A stretch of 64,000 nucleotides of DNA from Octopus vulgaris. Taxonomy: Eukaryota. The notes beneath the pieces were generated by a model, which made no database searches, was not told the origin of the DNA, and saw only the letters and a program-made list of their open reading frames with translations. Position 1 is the stretch's first letter, and every line of letters begins with the position of its first letter. The stretch lies in the NCBI GenBank assembly GCA_951406725.2, contig OX597814.1, forward strand, positions 103,230,001 through 103,294,000, read 5' to 3'. Below are positions 60,657 to 64,000 of the stretch, piece after piece. A program made the translations under genes and the position numbers.

Positions 60657-62489
60657 TAGATCGGCCATAACTATCTTTAATTACTCTACTGCTCTATAAC
60701 TTAGTGCACTTCTCCTTCAGACTTATGACTTACTGACAATACATAGATATGATTTGTTTATAGTGATCAGATGTTTGTGTAGACATAAGCTCACTCCCTC
60801 CATCAGATTGACATTACCTGTACAGGTGCAAAGGTTGTTGCGTGTCAGATATCGAAATGATAGCAGAGCAACTTACTGGCATGAGTTGGACAAAGGAAAA
60901 AAACAATAACTTTCAGAAAATTAAATTTAAAAAAAGTTACAAGAAATTTCTCTGATAATCATCTTTTATTTTGATAAAAGTTTTTCAATTCTGAAGAATG
61001 TTATGCTCATAGACTGCTATGGCTTACAATACTGAAAATTAAAAAAAAACAGGATTCTACAATACTCCAGTTGGAATAATGTCTGTGTCTAAATTTACAG
61101 GGTCATGTGATAAAAGGGGATGTCCTTTCTTAACAGGAGGGAAATATTTGACAAACCCTTTCAATTCATAAATTAAAGATTTATTGTTCCATTACTCCTT
61201 GATTGATGACAAAAAATAAACAAAAAAAAAAAAAACCCAACAAAGTTTATTTTGCCAAATATTAAAGTAAAGGTCTTTAGTTTAGATTGTAGAAACAATG
61301 TCACTGCTCATGATAAACACTTCACTGGCACTGCCTTTGTTTGGAATAATTTTTACCCATTTTTTTTTTTTTTTCATATTCTGAATGTTCTGGAGACACA
61401 ATTTAAAAATTGATTTAAATTTTATCAACCAATCACCTCTACTGTTCAATATTTCCTGTTTTAGTATCCACTCCAATTGTTACTAAATATCAATAATTCA
61501 TATATAATAGCCTTGTTCCCGATGGTTTGCTATGATGGATCATTCAAAGTTCCTTAATTCCATGTGAAATATGAGAGAGCAGACTCACACAATAAGTTTG
61601 CTTTAACAGTTGCATGTCACTTCACTTTCAGCTCAAAATTCTGTCACACCCAAAGCACTGTATTCTACAGAATAAGGTAGGTTTCTCATCGACTTTCATG
61701 CTGAAGGAAATGGTAGAAACCTCAGCTTTATGAGCTGAGTTTGTTTAATATAATAGAAAATATAGAAAACACAGTATTTATGATGTGATTCAATTTAATT
61801 TTTGAGTTGCTTCCTCACTTATTTCAGATATAAAATAAATTATTTACCACAATCGTAAATGTCTAAAAGTGGTTATTCTCTCTCTCTCTTTCTCTCTCAC
61901 ACACAAGACAAAAATATAAGTGAAAACATGATTTTGAGGCATTTTGCCAAAAGTTGTGTGAATTGACAAGAGCTTGTTTACAAGGCAAGAAGGTCCCGTT
62001 GCTGTTTTGTTTATATAAAGAAAAGTGATGCTCGGAACTGAAATCTCATCACAGCTATGTACAGAGAGGGGGGGGGTGAGAAAGAAAGAAAGGAAGAGGC
62101 AGGCAACAGAAATAGTTAGGATTGTTTAGGGAAAAAATCAGAAGTGTTGAATATCTCTGGTGGATGATACTGGTCTTGAGATTTATTTCTGGCAGCGCTG
62201 TGTTTCTGGAGAAAAGAAAAATATAAATAACATAAAACATTGATCACGATTATAATTTACACACACACACACACATGCAAATGCACACACAAACACACAC
62301 ATGCAAACATATGCACACACACTCACATACACACACACACACATTGGTGTTGGTTTTATAAATCAATGATAAAGATTAACCTTTATTATAAATTACAATT
62401 GATATGTTAATACAGAAATTGCCCAACTGAAAATCAGAACACTCCCCCCAAAACCTACATCTGCCATATAACTGTCGCTCTGTTGGTTA

Positions 62490-62775
62490 TGATGATGATG
62501 AGGTTCTTGTTGATCTGCCTGCTCCTGGAATGAACATGTAAGTGGCAGAACACTCTAGAAACATGTATATCCTCAACATAATTCTCAGAGAGATTCAGAA
62601 TGACACAGAACACGACAATGCTGGCCCTTCAAATTTTTGCCCACATTTTTGCCAGCGGAGTGAAGTGAAGCAACATGAAATAAAGTGTTTTGCTCAAGGA
62701 CACAACGCACTGCTGGGAATTGAACTCACAACCTTTCAATTATGAGCCAAATACCCTAACCATTAAACTATGCAC
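62490..62775 (-). mobile_element. tRNA-head SINE with CORE-like domain
   Basis: Minus strand: atggttagggtatttggc..gagttcaattccc..gttgtgtccttgagcaaaacactttattt. Confidence 0.75.
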
Positions 62776-62855
62776 TTTCACAATATATCCACCAAAGCTC
62801 AAAGGAAATGTTACCTTTCTGTAGACAAAATTAATCCTATTTCCTAATAAAGAAG

Positions 62856-62955
62856 GTGGGTGCAGCCATCTGGTTTGCCAGCCCTCAGTCAAAATTGACC
62901 AACCCATGCTAGCATGGAAAGCAGACGTTAAATGACAATGATGATGATGATGATG
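62856..62955 (+). mobile_element. 3' end of (GAT)n-tailed RTE-associated element
   Basis: ccaacccatgctagcatggaaagcagacgttaaatgac(atg)n. Confidence 0.8.
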
Positions 62956-63149
62956 CGTGTTTCATTAAACAGTGAAAATACTGCTTCTTAATCTTTTCAA
63001 CATGTACCACTTCGTTTGCTTTGCTAACAGAAAAAACCCTGCTTGGCATTTATCATACTTGATATAATTCTACAGGATGGAAACCCACGAGCACTAAATA
63101 AATCTCATCTTGGATTCTCAACTTCTGAAGGAATTATAGGGGTGATGTT

Positions 63150-64000
63150 GTGACAAACTGCACACAGTTTTCTCCATCGACCAAAGTTGTGCAACAGAGC
63201 TCAGATCTCTGCAAACAATTTATCTGTCTATTCCTTGGTGATGTCTATTTTTTCCTCTGTCCACTTTTCCTTCTTGCCCCTTCTGCAGTTCTTTGAAGAA
63301 TGGTTTCCACATTGCCATTGGATCTTATATGGCATTTTCATTTCACCTTTCTTTTCTTCACCATTATAAGACTATCTTCATGGAGACCAATGTGATGCTG
63401 GATCATCATCATCATCGTTTAACGTCCGCTTTCCATGCTAGCATGGGTTGGACGATTTGACTGAGGGCTGGCGAACCAGATTCCAATCTGATCTAGCAGA
63501 GTTTCTACGGCTGGATGCCCTTCCTAACGCCAACCACTCCAAGACTGTAGTGGGTGCTTTTACGTGCCACCGGCACGAGGGCCAGTCTGGCAGTACTGGC
63601 AATAACGACGCTCAAATGGTGTTTTTTATGTGCCACCTGCACAGGAGCCAGTCCAGCGGCACTGGCAATGACCTCACTCGAATGTTTTTTTCATGTTCCA
63701 CCAGCCCAAGTGCTAGTAAGGTGATGCAGGTAATGATAACGCTCGAATGGTGTTTTTAACGTGCCATCAGCTAGATGGTCCTGCAAACCTGCTCATTGGT
63801 AATGTGGTGCAAGCACGAGAGACCTTAGATGTTGCAGTGTCAATCCTTCCAATAACTGTACCCTCCTCTCAGTGTCTGCTATGTAAGTCCATATCTCTCA
63901 TGCTGCAGAAAGATGGAAAGTACCAGAGTTCACAGAAGTGTTAGTTTGTTGTTCTCAGTTGTGTTCCTGTCCCTTCTTATTGGTTTGAGTCTGATGAGCA
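63150..64000 (-). mobile_element. Old RTE fragment interrupted by a (GAT)n element at 63402-63770 (minus strand)
   Basis: Minus-strand RSNGNVETILQRTAEGARRKSGQRKK is an RTE C-terminus-like remnant. The insertion has the ctggatgcccttcctaacgccaacc core. Confidence 0.6.

Larger units (their letters stand above)
58912..60720 (-). mobile_element. 5'-truncated Penelope-like element with inverted pseudo-LTRs; left arm split by an RTE insertion
   Basis: GIY-YIG C-terminus 60192-60455 (SHVWCLK..ISWKIL..PY..KLCRAE..LNSRTEVFGPCLH). Left arm 58912-58960 plus 60041-60156 is the reverse complement of right arm 60516-60683. Confidence 0.85.

Noticed and set aside
63991-64000. CTGATGA at the window edge as another hammerhead
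   Set aside because: The rest would lie outside the window and the context is an RTE remnant; cannot be evaluated.

Overview
Eukaryotic, AT-rich, microsatellite-dense DNA made almost entirely of nested transposable elements. I find no supportable host protein-coding gene, rRNA, true tRNA gene or CRISPR array. The repeat repertoire (tRNA-head SINEs, a (GAT)n-tailed RTE-associated element, AT/AC/ATAC/AAT/GAT tracts) looks like an octopus genome; this is an inference. Main contents: (1) one nearly intact CR1-group LINE (8648-12374) with a CCCH zinc-finger ORF1 and an open APE-RT ORF2; (2) a ~14-kb head-to-tail train of about 12 Dong/R4-clade fragments, most separated by (AAT)n tracts (17013-30850); (3) many RTE-clade LINE fragments and a highly structured RTE-derived non-autonomous element; (4) Penelope-like (GIY-YIG) remnants, mostly beside (AT)n tracts, forming long inverted repeats and carrying at least eight type-I hammerhead-ribozyme-like motifs, several with very long stem II; (5) two Tc1/mariner remnants, one with an intron-like insert, and a non-autonomous Helitron containing a LINE-ORF1-like fragment. 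The most notable pattern is that each retroelement family is tied to its own microsatellite and appears to regenerate it as a landing site. Boundaries of degenerate elements were read by eye and are approximate. Family names come from recalled motifs, not database searches.
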